This document shows, one piece after another, positions 51,255 to 64,000 of a stretch of 64,000 nucleotides of DNA. The DNA lies in assembly GCA_030141605.1 (NCBI GenBank), contig JAQGDQ010000155.1, forward strand, positions 62,001 through 126,000, given 5' to 3'. Position 1 is the first letter of the stretch. Each line of letters starts with the position of its first letter. A program made the translations under genes and the position numbers. This stretch comes from Tubiluchus corallicola. Taxonomy: Eukaryota > Animalia > Priapulida. A model generated the notes under the pieces. It was not told where the DNA came from. It ran no database searches and saw only the letters and a program-made list of their open reading frames with translations.

Positions 51255-52181
51255 ATGTCAACTACCACTTCTCCCGAGAATGAGCCGATGTCAACTACCA
51301 CTTCTCCCAAGAATGAGCTGGCTGAAGAGAAACTCGTACTTTATAAGTGCACCGCTTGTGGAGGTTGCTTTAAAACGGAGCAAGAATTTTTTGAACATGC
51401 GAGAAAGAGGCACTGCATCGTGATCGTTTGTAATGATGAAGACTTGGGCATTGACGAAACCGGTGCCGACCTTTCAATGTCGTTGGAAGATTTGGAAGAA
51501 ACAGAACCTACTTATGAAGAGGAATTGTTGAGCTTGGAAGGCAGTGCATTTCTCAAAGAAATTGCTGATCACGAACGAAGTTTAGAAACAAGAGCTAAAA
51601 ATCAGGATTCCGAGGATCACCAAGTTCTGTCCGAGCTCCTGGACGACTGCAAGAAAACAGAGTTGGAAGAGATTGATCCCGAAGACAGTCAACTGGACAC
51701 TTATTTAGTAGAGGCAGTTAAAGCAGAAGCGGCGGCACTTCACAAGGACATTGATGGTAACTACTCATGTCAGTGGTGCAGAAAGACGTATACATCTTCA
51801 AGGAACCTGCTACGACACACTCAGCGGCAGCACACGCGTCGTAAATTCTGCTTCTGTGGCGTGTGCAACAAAGCATTCACCAGTAATCAATCACTGCGTA
51901 ATCATTCTAACATCCATGCCAACGTCAAGCCATACAAATGTCAGTTGTGTTCCAAAGCCATGCGGTACAAAGAATCGTTGAGCCGGCACATGCGATGGCA
52001 TTCGGGTGAATTACCATACAAGTGCAACATGTGTGGCAAGTGTTTTATAAATGAGCAGCCATTGAGAACTCACGAAAAGTCGCACAGAAAAAACAGGCCA
52101 TTCGAATGCAAGATCTGCAATAAACGTTTCACTCGCAGTGCGGCGCTCGACAACCACGTGGCGACAAAACATTTGGCGTAA
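51255..52181 (+). CDS. C2H2 zinc-finger protein, 308 aa (one N-terminal finger, acidic linker, 5 tandem fingers)
   Basis: CxxC..HxxxH repeats with HSGELPYKC-type linkers; acceptor tttctttatag ending 51231 just upstream of the ATG. Confidence 0.92.
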   Translation: MSTTTSPENEPMSTTTSPKNELAEEKLVLYKCTACGGCFKTEQEFFEHARKRHCIVIVCNDEDLGIDETGADLSMSLEDLEETEPTYEEELLSLEGSAFLKEIADHERSLETRAKNQDSEDHQVLSELLDDCKKTELEEIDPEDSQLDTYLVEAVKAEAAALHKDIDGNYSCQWCRKTYTSSRNLLRHTQRQHTRRKFCFCGVCNKAFTSNQSLRNHSNIHANVKPYKCQLCSKAMRYKESLSRHMRWHSGELPYKCNMCGKCFINEQPLRTHEKSHRKNRPFECKICNKRFTRSAALDNHVATKHLA

Positions 52182-54849
52182 ACCAGTGCCATTGGTTTCA
52201 CAACTCTTTTGACTTAGATTGTAGAAAAAACAATTTTAAGGGAATGTTTTTGCTGACAAAGGCTACTTTGAGTAAGCAGAAACTTGCTAGGAGAGCTTGT
52301 TGGGTGTTCCATCGACCCTCAATGAAAAGGATTGACTGTTCAAAGACTATATTTGAAGTGATATTAATGTGCATATTGATCTAGAATAGATGCTTAAGAG
52401 TTTTTAGAATTTCTGCTGTAGATTAAACGTGTAGCTCACTTCAGTAGATAGGAAGAAAAGTAATTCGGCACCTAAGCGGGTTTATTTTTGCAAAATGCAA
52501 AATTTTCACTTAGGCTACTGTTATTCTTTTCTTACACAGACTTTGAATTTGGCAAAAAATTCAACTTGCTGCAGTGCATTGTTTAACCAATGTAAACTGT
52601 AGGCTAGTAATCGACTAATGAAACAATCTGAAATGTATCCATTATAACCTTTATTCATGTTCACATGTTCAGCATGTGTCAAGATCATTTTATTTTAACA
52701 CTATTTTATTTATTAGTAATGACTAAAACTAGCTTCTTATTGCAACAGATGGATGTATTCAAGAAAAATAATTTTTGCAGGTAGCACTTCACACTTCAAC
52801 TATTTTCTTTTCTCATTTATGGTATGCAAAGTGTAAATTTGACTTTGTAATCCTTTGCATTATATTATATTATGTGACCTATTACTACAACAGGCGCCAC
52901 TTTGCGGACTCACTTTATGATGGAAGTGTGCTGACACAATTAGCTGACGGATATGGTATTGCAAGTATAGAAGTATGACTCTTCAGCTTAGTATGCATGG
53001 CAGAGGCTGTGAGAGCATTAAATGTTACACCTTTATGCTTATGTTTTATTTTTTAAAATTAATGCTACGCTCTTAGTTGCTCTGTGATGCTTCTAAGGTT
53101 GCAAAAAATACTGACAGATTACTGTCAATGAATCAGTGGCAAAACAGCAACAGTTAACTGATGAAATGTCCTGTGAACAGCAGCAAGAGATTCAGAAGGA
53201 AACCGCTAAACATGTGATTAAAAGTTTAGCTTCCATAAATTCTTGGACAGAGATTAATTGCATCGGACGACATTCAACTAAAAATGCTATGCTAACATAT
53301 TGGTGCATGATAATGTTAATGCATTTGCTTCTGGGTGCATTATCATGTACTTATAAGCAAAGTAAAGGTGACATAAAAGAATTATATTAAGCTCTTTTTG
53401 ATCGCAAACAAGTATCTTATTTTAAGTACTTAAAGCAAAAATATCGAGTGAATTAGTTGGAATGATTTGATTCAACAGCTGATGATTTTTATAGACATTT
53501 GAATAGGAGTGGCCCGTATCTGATGTTTATTAGTCGATTAGGCGACTGATTGTAATAACTTTGAGTCTAATAAATTATGCCTACTATACATTAATGCAGA
53601 CTGGCTATCTTATATTCTGCTTGAGTTCAGCTGGCTATACTGCTATTAAACCTGGTGGCCGATTCATGGTAATAATTTTGCCAGTATGTCATTTATGCAG
53701 TTTCTATTGTTATGTGTTATGTAAGTTTGGAAGATGATTCGTGTTCTATTTCGTAACCAATAAATGAACTTCAGACAGGTGTCATTGTCTGTATTGTGGC
53801 TGATAATTCCGATATGTGGCTTCCAGTTTTTAATTATCACGCTCTCTGAGGTATGCATTGTTGAAGATCCACAATTGCTTAGTCTTTTTCAAAATTGTAA
53901 TCTCACATATTCACTGTTAGTGTTGGATATATTACTTTAATACAATTAATATCTTCAGAATTAGAATTTCTTTACTTCCAAAAGGGATACAAACATTTTG
54001 ATTGGTATTATTCACTTTAAACAATAAAGTGATTTAAAAAAAATGTTTGTCTTTAATGTTCTAAACAGTTTCATTGTCAATGAAAACCAAGTTCTTTCAT
54101 AATAAAATAACCTTAAAGGCTGTTATTGTTGTAACAGAATAGATTTGTATTGTATACAGGTCAACCTTCATGCTCTTCTGTTGTATAGGTGTCAGTTTTA
54201 TCTCGATAATTGTCTTTAGTTATTGTGATTTCATTTTCATGGCAAATTTTAGCATAGTAGATTTGAATGCCACGCATACACAGAAAGAAATTACTACCCT
54301 GAAAAAGAAAGTGAATTCTTAAAGTAATACAAATTCTGTGGTTTGTTGACAAATTCTATGTCAAGCAATGGGCGACTTGTTGTACAAAAGAAAGACTGCA
54401 CTTGACTGCATAGCAGAACAATCCATTGAGCAGCTGACAAATTTCTATGGGTAAGCCATGGTAGCCTGAAGAGTTTAGGTATGCCTTTATTCCAGGCTAC
54501 ACAAACATCTATAGTTTTTGTATCTCTCTGCCAAATCTGATATGTTCGATTCTTACCCAAATCAACTCATTTATTTTTTCCGGAAAAATACAACCTGCAG
54601 TAGACTACAATTTATAACCAAAGTGCATGAGTAGGGATGGCGACTACTGAAATATTGCTATCTGATTATAGCAGTAAGTTGCTAAGACTTGGCAAAGTCT
54701 GATAGCTATGGATGATTTTTTAATGCAGAGGTTTACATAGCTTAGCTAGCAAATAAATATTTTCTAATGTTGTAAAAATTTATTTGAAATCGGCGTTGAC
54801 AACTTGACACTACTGTGACTGTGTGCGTCATGCAGATTTGTATCCCTAC

Positions 54850-55163
54850 GTTAGTCCGGTCGTAATAACGGAATTAAAATCATAGATCCATCGTCTTGAT
54901 TAAAAACTTAGAAGATTACCGTTATTGCAGACGCTGAAGCTCAAGTGATTGGTGTTTTATGTTTCGCTGTTTTTGAAAAAATGTTTCTTTTTTAGGATAG
55001 CTTTGACAAACTTCGTTAGTTTGTAGTCGTTTGGTCACCCATTTGGAATGTTTCGATTTGGCAAAATTGTAAAGTTAGTGAAGGATGCGTTAAACTCTGC
55101 CGGCTAAAAACTGTTGCTTATCTAAAATGCCGATATTTCTTGTCCATATTATCGAAACTAATT
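54850..55163 (+). promoter_or_regulatory. Putative promoter / non-coding first exon of the 58127 zinc-finger gene
   Basis: CpG-richer patch ending in donor att|gtaagt at 55163; start approximate. Confidence 0.3.
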
Positions 55164-58126
55164 GTAAGTTGCTAAGTTTTTTTGAAACGAGTCTCTAACA
55201 AAAAGTGAGTTATAGTGCTAAATATCAACGCGAGTATATTGATAATTTGATATATTAGTATATTGATACTCATTATCATTATTGTTATTATCATTTTGAA
55301 ATCTAGCTCTTAACCGAGTTTGTATGGTGTAAAAAAGTATAGACCATAAGGCGTCTTCTATGCTCTCGTAAGGGTTTTGACATAATCTGCAGTATGCTCC
55401 TTACCAAAGGCATTTTTGTCATGATAGATACGGTTTTTAAGAGCATTAATCTTGGGCCTGTACATTGTTAAGCAAAATAATTTAAAAGCTGTTTTATTAA
55501 AAAGCATTTTCGCTGAAAAAGATTACTGTGATCATTTATTGTACTAAACCACGAAGTACACTAATAAATTGTTACAATATTCATTAGTAACTTAGTACAA
55601 TAGACTGAAACTATACACATAGATCTACGAACAACGCCACTTGGGATTATAGTAAAAGCTTTGCTGTAAGCTCACTCCTTTATGGTCCAAACATTGTTGC
55701 CAAACATTTGTATTAATTACAAATTTTATTCATGTACATTTAAAAGAAGACAGAATCATATCACATCCCATTTTGAAGTAAGATTAAAAGTGCACATTTT
55801 AACACCCATAATAATGCCAAATCTTTTCTGATAATTAAATAATAGATATAAGACAATTAATGGTGGGCAAGCCCAACTAGTTATGACATCAGACTGAACG
55901 TAATTTTCAACAGTACAACATTCCATGTTCCACGTGTTTGCAAATGCAAAAATTGTAATACAGTACTATTGTACAACATGGTATGTAATAATTCTGCAAA
56001 TTTTAAATTTGAAATTCAAATTAAATTTTACTGCTGTGTTCATACATGAGCTCTCAAATGTGTGTACTAAGTCACAACCGAACACTTCTGAATCGAGAGG
56101 TACTGGACCTATTTTTTGGACATTTCCGAGATGTAGGAGCTAGTGCCCGTCTAATATTGCAAAACTTGATATACTGTTTTTCCTCGCTATCCGTACCACA
56201 ATACGAGCATTTTCCTCATTGGTATGGAGTATTATGCTGATATATCATGCATGCCCACTCCTGCCGTAGCTGCATAATCAGAAGAAGATAAGATTTATTG
56301 TTTTTGTGTGGTAAGCTTTGCTGTCGAACATTGACAGGAACAGATGCACTGCAGTCTGGAGAGTCGGTTAAAATTTACTTTGTAATATTGCTGCTATTAA
56401 TTTCCTACTGTCTGGCTTTTAGAACAGATTATAACACAGAACAGCTGTAATGACTATACTTTAATGCTGCTTTGTCTGTTGAATCGCCTACCAGTACATG
56501 TAATAATATCATGGAATTTGGAAAAAGTCTAACTATTAGCATTATAAGCGCTCATTCTGCTTTCAATAGTTAAGTAACCTGGCCGTAAGAAGTAGTTTGT
56601 TGGGTGATGTGCTTTAGAGAATGATTGATTTCGAGTCACTAATTTGAAACCAGCAAGAGCTTACAACATCCCTGGATCACCCCTCCCCCAGAAAATATTT
56701 TTGGCTTTTAAAAATACTATAGACTATATCTAAAACGGTGTAGCAGTTTTCTTTTCCAGAGGGCGATTTATGTAAGCGTCTTTGATCGTCCCGCATGCAT
56801 AAGTCAGAGTTGGTCATCCCAATTCATATACCTATTGAACTTAAAGTTTTATACTTAAAATATTGGCAAAGCAACAATGAAAATGTCAGTGTAGTAATGC
56901 AATGCTAGAAGATTTACCATACACTCTACAGCTGCAGCTTTAATTATTTAAAACACTTTTATCAGAATACGGTCAAACGTGTGGTGATTTGCTAAATATT
57001 GTGGACTCAAATTATTACGATATAGGTGCACTTGGGCAAAACGTAGTACCCAGTAATAAAAGATGTCATGAAGCATCGACAAATTGATGTATCGTTACAG
57101 GTCTACCAGTAAGAGTAGGATACTAGGGTAGCACCAGCACCTGGTGTTTACAACATTGCTATAGTTGGATAAGAAAAAAGTTTATAAAATAGTTTATCAT
57201 CATTGGCCAAAGAGAACCACGCCAACCCCAAATAATCTTTGCATAATTTTCAGAACCATTTCATGTACTGTGCATAAGTACACCTAAACACACAAGTTGA
57301 CACAAATCACGTTCGAGCTTGTATTAAGTAGGAAATTAGACATACATGTATTCTCAGATGGCTGCATGATTTGTACCAAGACAGCATGCTGAGCAAATTC
57401 ATAAATTAGTTGTCTAAACATGCTAATTTACTCATTCTACTCATTATTTACCTTGGAAGTGCAACAGATTATGTTTTAAATAAACAACAATAAAAAACAA
57501 TGGAAACAAATTTTGCACATTCTTATTTAGTAGCTAACAGTCTGTAGTGCAACTTTTTCGTACTTAAATAATATTCGCCAAAGTTACTGGTTAATTAAGA
57601 CTTGCACTGTCAAAATGCCAGTGACATTATGCAAATCCATGTACTGTGTAACTGTCTACCTGCGGCCAATGTCTCAGACTCGTTGACGTCATACCCTGGG
57701 TGGAGCAATCACACGTTTCCAGAGATATTAATTAACATTCGTCTATGTGGTGCATGGAATAACCTAGTGTGATAAGTTTCCTAAGTTAATTAGGCTCTAA
57801 AAGTCATTTGATACATTAGATATAATGTCTGTTACTTTTATTGTAAATTTGTTCATTGCACAGCATCTAAGATTATATAAAGTAACCATCAAGTACGATT
57901 TTTTTAAATTTACCACTTGTTTGTTTTGAAATTGAATACCTGTGATATCAGCTGCAAAAGGCCAAGTCTGCAGTGACCTAGCAAGTATATTTATGAAAAT
58001 TATTTTTTCATATTAAGCCTAAAGTTAAAAGATACCCATCTATAACTAAAATCTGATGGATTAAACTGTCTTCAAATCCAAACCTTACTTAGTATACATA
58101 TTTTGATGTTTCAGTGCACCACGTAG

Positions 58127-59542
58127 ATGTGTAATAAATTAAGCATGGACAAGGTCCGAAACAAAACGGCGACTGGGAAAGAGGAGAGTGTTCTCTATTA
58201 CAAGTGTACTGCATGTTCTAGTTGTTTTAAACTAGTGAGCGAATTCCTACTTCATGCCAGGGAAAAACACTGCAAAGTGGTGCTAGCTGATGAGCTGGAT
58301 GAATCATTAAATTCTGCCAATAACGACGCTCAGACCGATAACTCTGTATCTAATGCTGCGCTGGACTTCGTAAACATCGACATTGCTGAATTAGCTGAGG
58401 TAAGCACGCCATCACAAATTGTTTTTCAGTATGATCCCGCTCATTGCGCAAACCCAGATGCGCAGCATGGACAGAAGGAGAGCCAGGTGATGGTCTTCTC
58501 CTGCGAACATTGTGGTAAAAACTTTTCCTCTCGCGCCACTCTGCTGCAACATGTGGGACGACAACATGCCGCACACACTTGCTATCAGTGCGGCGTCTGC
58601 ATGCAGTACTTTAACGTGGAAGCTCACCTGACCAATCATTTAGTTTCACATACTGGACTGGCACCATTTGAGTGTAAGACATGCCACAAGTGCTTCATAA
58701 ATGAAGATATGCTTTGCGAACACGAAGTCGTGCATGGGCTTCTCGACATAAGCAGTGAGCAAAAGCCAAACCTGTCTGACTGCAGTAGTGGACAGCAGTC
58801 GCATTTTTGGCAGAATCACAGGTCTAGCGGCTATTCCGCAAGGCTGTTCCAATGTCAAATATGTTACAAGCAATTCACTGCTAATACCAGTCTGCGGGAC
58901 CACTTGAGAATCCACACCGGAGATTTGCCTTTTAAATGTCAATACTGTGGCAAAGCTTTCAACCACAAGTACGGATTAGTTATTCACATTCGTAATCGTC
59001 ACACAAAGGAAAAGCCGTGCAAGTGCCAAGTTTGTGGTAGGTGTTTTTCGGCGACCCGTGACCTAACTAGACATATGAACATGCATACAAAGGCTAGAGT
59101 TTTTGCATGTGGTTACTGCGCAAAGCAGTTTACTAGAAAGTACGCTTGCAAACTGCACATGAAAAAATTATTGTGCCAGACTGAAAGACCAAAGAAAAGT
59201 GTACAGAAATTAGACAACAAACAGAGCAAAATGAAGGCAAAGAAAAATTGCACATTTGCAAAACAGAGTAGAATGAATGTAGTTCATGATAAGACACCTG
59301 CAAACACAATGAAAACTAATGCAGGTGCACATGAAAATAAATCAACTGCAGTAGTAAGTGGTGCAGCTGTGAAGACAAAGAAAAGTAATGCAGACGCAAA
59401 GGATAATGAGAAACGGACTGCAAAAAGTGACACCATTGCAGAGCAAAGTGATGTAAAGGCAAAAGAAAGTGATTCAGCAGTTAAATGTATTGACGATTCA
59501 AAACATTGGGAAGAAGACATGAAGAAAAGCAAGGAATCATAG
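58127..59542 (+). CDS. C2H2 zinc-finger protein, 471 aa (1+3+4 fingers, Lys-rich tail), paralog of the 51255 gene
   Basis: HTGDLPFKC and HTGLAPFEC linkers; acceptor gtttcag ending 58114; shared N-terminal YKCTAC..CFK...EF..HAR..HC motif. Confidence 0.92.
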   Translation: MCNKLSMDKVRNKTATGKEESVLYYKCTACSSCFKLVSEFLLHAREKHCKVVLADELDESLNSANNDAQTDNSVSNAALDFVNIDIAELAEVSTPSQIVFQYDPAHCANPDAQHGQKESQVMVFSCEHCGKNFSSRATLLQHVGRQHAAHTCYQCGVCMQYFNVEAHLTNHLVSHTGLAPFECKTCHKCFINEDMLCEHEVVHGLLDISSEQKPNLSDCSSGQQSHFWQNHRSSGYSARLFQCQICYKQFTANTSLRDHLRIHTGDLPFKCQYCGKAFNHKYGLVIHIRNRHTKEKPCKCQVCGRCFSATRDLTRHMNMHTKARVFACGYCAKQFTRKYACKLHMKKLLCQTERPKKSVQKLDNKQSKMKAKKNCTFAKQSRMNVVHDKTPANTMKTNAGAHENKSTAVVSGAAVKTKKSNADAKDNEKRTAKSDTIAEQSDVKAKESDSAVKCIDDSKHWEEDMKKSKES

Positions 59543-61877
59543 ACCCAACTTGTTTCAGTTTGGTTATAATGTCAAAGACTTAATTTAAAGTTTTGTTAGT
59601 GGTTACTCTCATTTCACAAAGTTTAACCTTTATTTTGTGTGCTTGTTTATTGAACTACCATTACAAAAAGACGATGCACCAACAACAAAAAATGTGACGG
59701 ATTAAATCAACACTGAAAGAGATGTTTCTAGGAATAAATCACACAGGTGATAGAAATAAATATCACAACAATTTTAGATAAAGGAGCATTAATAGCTCTT
59801 TACACAATGGTGTTTGGCTAACAACCACATGTGTTCTTCAAGTGATTTGCTTAAAGCTTGCATGGCAATTACCTTTCTGGTTTGCACGTTGTGCTAAAGT
59901 AATTTTTATTACTATCTTGCTTTCTGTAGATGTGGGCGTTTCTTCTTTTGCATATCATTCTAATGCTCACTTACTTAATCGACCTTAACTTGTGTTTCAA
60001 TCTTGGATGGGAGAAATATCTTGCAAGCGTGGTTTCTAGACAATATGTAAAAAGTAAGATCCCTGTTCGAAATTCTCTATATTCTGAAGCTACCCTTCTT
60101 TGCAAATCGACCATTCATCCTTCCTGACGTGGAGCACTACAGTCACAGTTACCATGAACCACTTGCTTGTTGAAGATCAGCTAAACCTCTTATTGCAACT
60201 TCTATGGAAGCATTTTTTGGAAGATGCTCTTGAGAGTGCTTCTGTCTAGTTTCAAGTGCCAACAGTTCGTTTCTAGCACTTGTTTTTTAGTCCTTCTCAT
60301 AAACATTCCCAGATACAGCACACACCTTATAAATCTAGCTTTTCTTCTGTGAGAAAGAAACTTGCTCTAGAAAATTTTCCCAAAAAGCTCAACCTGGTTT
60401 AATTTAAACCATATATAAACAGATGCCTCCTATCACTACACAACAGATTGTCTATTCTAAGCTCATATTGATATTTCCACCTTTTCTATTGTACTCCTTA
60501 CACTAACTTCCTTTATTGGGGTAATTTGTAAATAAAAAATTCTTTAGTTACTAAGCCTGTTATTATAGTTTCCTCTTAGTCATTACATTACTGAGCGTTG
60601 TGTGTAATAATTTTCTTTTGATGATGTCTATCAAGATTCACTCAATAAACTTATGCTAGTCATCTTTTATACAACACGTGGCGGTATTTTTGTTGCATTT
60701 TATTGAGTTATTTAAAATTTTCACCAGTTATTCATTTGTAATAATTCTTCTAGCATTAAAAGCTGGCTTGCTGCATGGCCAAGCTGTATGACATTAATAC
60801 TGTATGTTTCATATTCACAGACATTCAGATATGTCACTGAGGTATCTGCCTCAGTTTTAGTATAATTTTTTTTACAAATGTTTTTGAGAATAAAAGTTCC
60901 CAATTTTTTTGCTCAAATTGCACTCGCTTGAATAATGATTTGTCTTCTTATCGGTGTTGTGGCACCACTTTTTTACAATTCTAATGTGAATAGCATAAGA
61001 AATTATTTTTTGTAAAAATTGTTATTGAATTAAGGCGTAATTCAAGATAATTTAAGTACTGTATTTGTACTGGTGAACTACTCAAAATTATTTCCTCTGA
61101 GTGGAACATCTGGACTCTATTGTCTTAGTTTACAATGTATAATCCAGCTTCTTTAATTCAGTGTCATTTAGCATGTTGAACATGCATTTTAATACAAAAT
61201 ACAATTAAAACTGCAATAAAAGTAACAAAGACAATTGGCTATAATATGTTGCTGCTAGAACAACTGATTAAACATACAGATGATAAAATTTAAAAATAAC
61301 CGATTTATAGGTTTTTGTTTCTCACAGAACTTCTTTCAAAAACAAAGTAGACATTAAATAATACCTGAATTTCGTTTTTAAAATTAATGCAGTTGAATTC
61401 TCATCCTCAAATACAGATAAGATTCCTATCATAGTGAGGCCCTGCAAATTACTGATATCCATGGCAATGCATTGGCTAATCTATATTGTGATGATGATGA
61501 TATTACATTCCAAAGAAACTCCGAAAAAGTTTGGTATCTCAACGCTCATCAGAGGGGATTTTTCATTTGTTGTTTGTCATACATGTCCTTTCATCAGACG
61601 AAATAATAATCCAAATAGTTTCTCATCATTGCAAAACACCAAAACATAATTATTTGGTATGTTTAGCTTAATATATTATTGTTTACTGCAGTGTCTTGTG
61701 GTTTCTAAGTTGTTATGTTTGCATGAATTTTAGTAAACAACTCACGTAAGCTCATGTGCCAAAGTTCTGTTTTTTTTTACTAATTTCGACAGAAGATGGC
61801 GCGCGGTTTGCGGTAATACACAAAGGCTTTCACAAATCATTGCTAATGTGCAAGGGAAAGGCATCACTATTTGCAAG

Positions 61878-62003
61878 ATGGCGATGAGGGGTAGTGGTTG
61901 TGTTTGTCGACGCTTGCTAAGTTTACGATCAGACAAATTTTCTCGAAGTCTTTCAAATAAGAAAATGCGTTGCGATTGTAGAAGGCGCTGGACACACACT
62001 CAG
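61878..62003 (+). CDS. HDHD5: HDHD5/CECR5-like exon 1, Arg/Ser-rich mitochondrial-presequence-like N-terminus
   Basis: aagATGGCG start, MAMRGSGCVCRRLLSLRS..., donor cag|gtaatt, phase 0 joins the next exon. Confidence 0.8.
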
Positions 62004-62799
62004 GTAATTTTCTTGTTTCATTTTATGACCGCTAAGATGCGTTTGTGATTCTGAGTTTTTGGTTGAATTAAGAAATTGTGAGGCTACATCGTTTCAACTC
62101 CAAGGCCTTTACAATTGATGTCATTTTGGAGCGTTCCATCGTTTTGTTTATGCATCTCAAGTTTGCCAGTATTTTTATCGTTGGCCTAGCTTTACGGACA
62201 GTGTAAATTACTTAATTTTTAGCTGAAATTTCTTTGCTAAACGCTTTAAAGATCCGGCAAGGAGGTGTGTCGGGCTTGTTTACTGTGATTGGTCGAATGA
62301 CGTCAGAACCAGCTGACTGCCTGGCGCGTACTGTATCTGGGTTGTGAAAAGGGCAAGTCAACAGCTATAATAGTAGCAAGTGCCTCGACTGTTTTTTTCA
62401 TAACCCTTCAAAATACGTCACACGTTTTAATAACTTCATTTTATCTTGATGGGTTTTAATACACTTTTGAAATTTATGCTGAGGACTAACCCTGGGAATT
62501 TAAACCACAAGAAAAAATTTGTGGGTATAAAAGTGTGAAGTCATGAGAATTCTTGTTGCTAGTACGTACTTATATCAGCAAGAATAACAGGCGAAAATGA
62601 AACAAACAATGAAATTCGTAGGAAAATAATTGCAACCGATTTTTATTAAATAATTTGATGTTGGTAGAGTAGAAATGTAAATATAACATTTTTATAATTT
62701 ATAATATCCATTTGGTTTTCTCAAATGAGAAAACCGCGAGAAGGGGAGGGCAAATGATAAAAACTAAGTTTCGTGATCGCATGCATCATGTTTTTATAG

Positions 62800-63012
62800 G
62801 TTAGTCAAGTTGGTGCAAAGTTTGGTATTCTTTTCGACATTGATGGCGTGATCGTTCGTGGAAGAACGCTGCTTCCCACAGCATTAGATGCATTTAATAA
62901 ACTTACCGATGGGAAGGGAAGCTTTCGAGTTCCGACAGTTTTCGTCACGAATGCTGGTAACACGTTGCGGCAGCAGAAAGCAGAGCAATTGACAAACTGG
63001 TTAGGAATTGAG
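62800..63012 (+). CDS. HDHD5: HDHD5/CECR5-like HAD class IIA hydrolase exon 2 (gene continues beyond the window)
   Basis: Missing from the ORF track; translates to VSQVGAKFGILFDIDGVIVRGRTLLPTALDAFNKLTDGKGSFRVPTVFVTNAGNTLRQQKAEQLTNWLGIE (DxDGV motif I, FVTNAG motif II); tttatag and gag|gtacgc sites. Confidence 0.9.
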
Positions 63013-63239
63013 GTACGCAAACAGTGAAGTAATCTGTTGATTAGGCTTGACCGTAAATGCATAATGTTTCTCTTGCATACACGGAACAGTAATTTCAAAT
63101 AACTTAAGAATTAACAAGTTGAATTTGAATTTAAAAATAGGAAAAACTTGCCAAAAATGTCAAATGCCAACTCTGTGAGTCAGAGTGAAGTAAAAAAACA
63201 CGTTGTGTATAAGTCCTTTTATAATTCACACAGCTTTAT

Positions 63240-63530
63240 GGCACATTCAGACTATTAAGTTTTCTTGACAAGTAACCCACAAGCCTGCTCAGACTAGAGA
63301 GCAAAACTTGCTGTGAGTTACTCTTACTTCTGACACTAACTTCACTATTCACAGCGAGAAGTTTCGAGAGTAACTCGCCGAGGAGTTTATACTAGACAAT
63401 AACTCGCAGGAAGTTAACTCGCAGCAACTGTCTCCCAGAGTTTGCAATTTCTTGCCAACAGTACCTCACACTGGTGAGTTTGCTATCAGAGAGAAACTTG
63501 CAAAAGAAAAGTAGCTAGTCTGAACACGCT
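63240..63530. mobile_element. MITE family C copy, opposite orientation to the 25830 copy
   Basis: GGCACATTCAGACTATTAAGTTTTC ... GAAAAGTAGCTAGTCTGAACAC; interior is the reverse complement of 25830-26142. Confidence 0.7.
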
Positions 63531-64000
63531 GCTAGGGCATAGTCTTTAGCATTATTACATGTTTGTAATTATTTTTCTATCGTGTGGATTATGCTTCTAT
63601 CCACTTGAAGCAGTATCGAAACCATTTACATTGTAAACCAGGAAATATTTTCTATAGGCCTTTTGGCTATACTGAACTTCGGTCAGTTAAGCTTTCATTA
63701 AATATTAACTTTTCTGCAAAACAAATAAGAAAGTTCAACCATGGTTATTATGAGCAATTTTTAAGTCTTTTGTGCTTGATCGACCAAATTATCAACTGAT
63801 TCACATTTTTTTCGACACTTTGAAAGCTTTTGTGTTAAAAAGATATTGTGAATTTTTTAAGTAAGAAATATAGTACTTTATCTCGTGAAATTTTTTCCGG
63901 GCAATTTGTTTTTGTGTTTCCGTAAAGTCTGCCATATTTATTTGCCAAGGGATAGAAACATAAATTTTGATAAGTGGGCACTTTTTTTTAATGTGAGTTC

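Noticed and set aside
52890-53390. Exon-like stretches downstream of zinc-finger gene 1 (RHFADSLYDG.., KQQQLTDEMSCEQQQ..)
   Set aside because: No recognisable domain and no convincing in-frame splice path; cannot be supported without RNA data
62805-63098. 97-aa minus-strand ORF
   Set aside because: Antisense shadow of the HDHD5 exon on +

Overview
AT-rich, intron-containing animal (invertebrate bilaterian-like) genomic DNA, not prokaryotic. Main content: (1) a complete multi-exon dystroglycan gene on + (about 15 coding exons, 23280-43847, about 1490 aa if all exons are used), whose mucin region includes three phase-0/phase-0 Ser/Thr/Pro-rich exons that look like cassettes; (2) a near-intact non-LTR retrotransposon on - (about 14164-19000) with a gag-like ORF1 and an APE-RT-CCHC ORF2 broken by one in-frame TAG; (3) two tandem paralogous C2H2 zinc-finger genes (51255-52181, 58127-59542) sharing an N-terminal finger module; (4) the first two coding exons of an HDHD5/CECR5-like HAD hydrolase (61878-63012); (5) many MITEs, dispersed repeats, microsatellites and 20-53 bp minisatellites, one of which multiplies a real 3' splice site. 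Exon boundaries were read by eye from GT-AG signals and frame continuity, and homology calls come from remembered motifs, not database searches.
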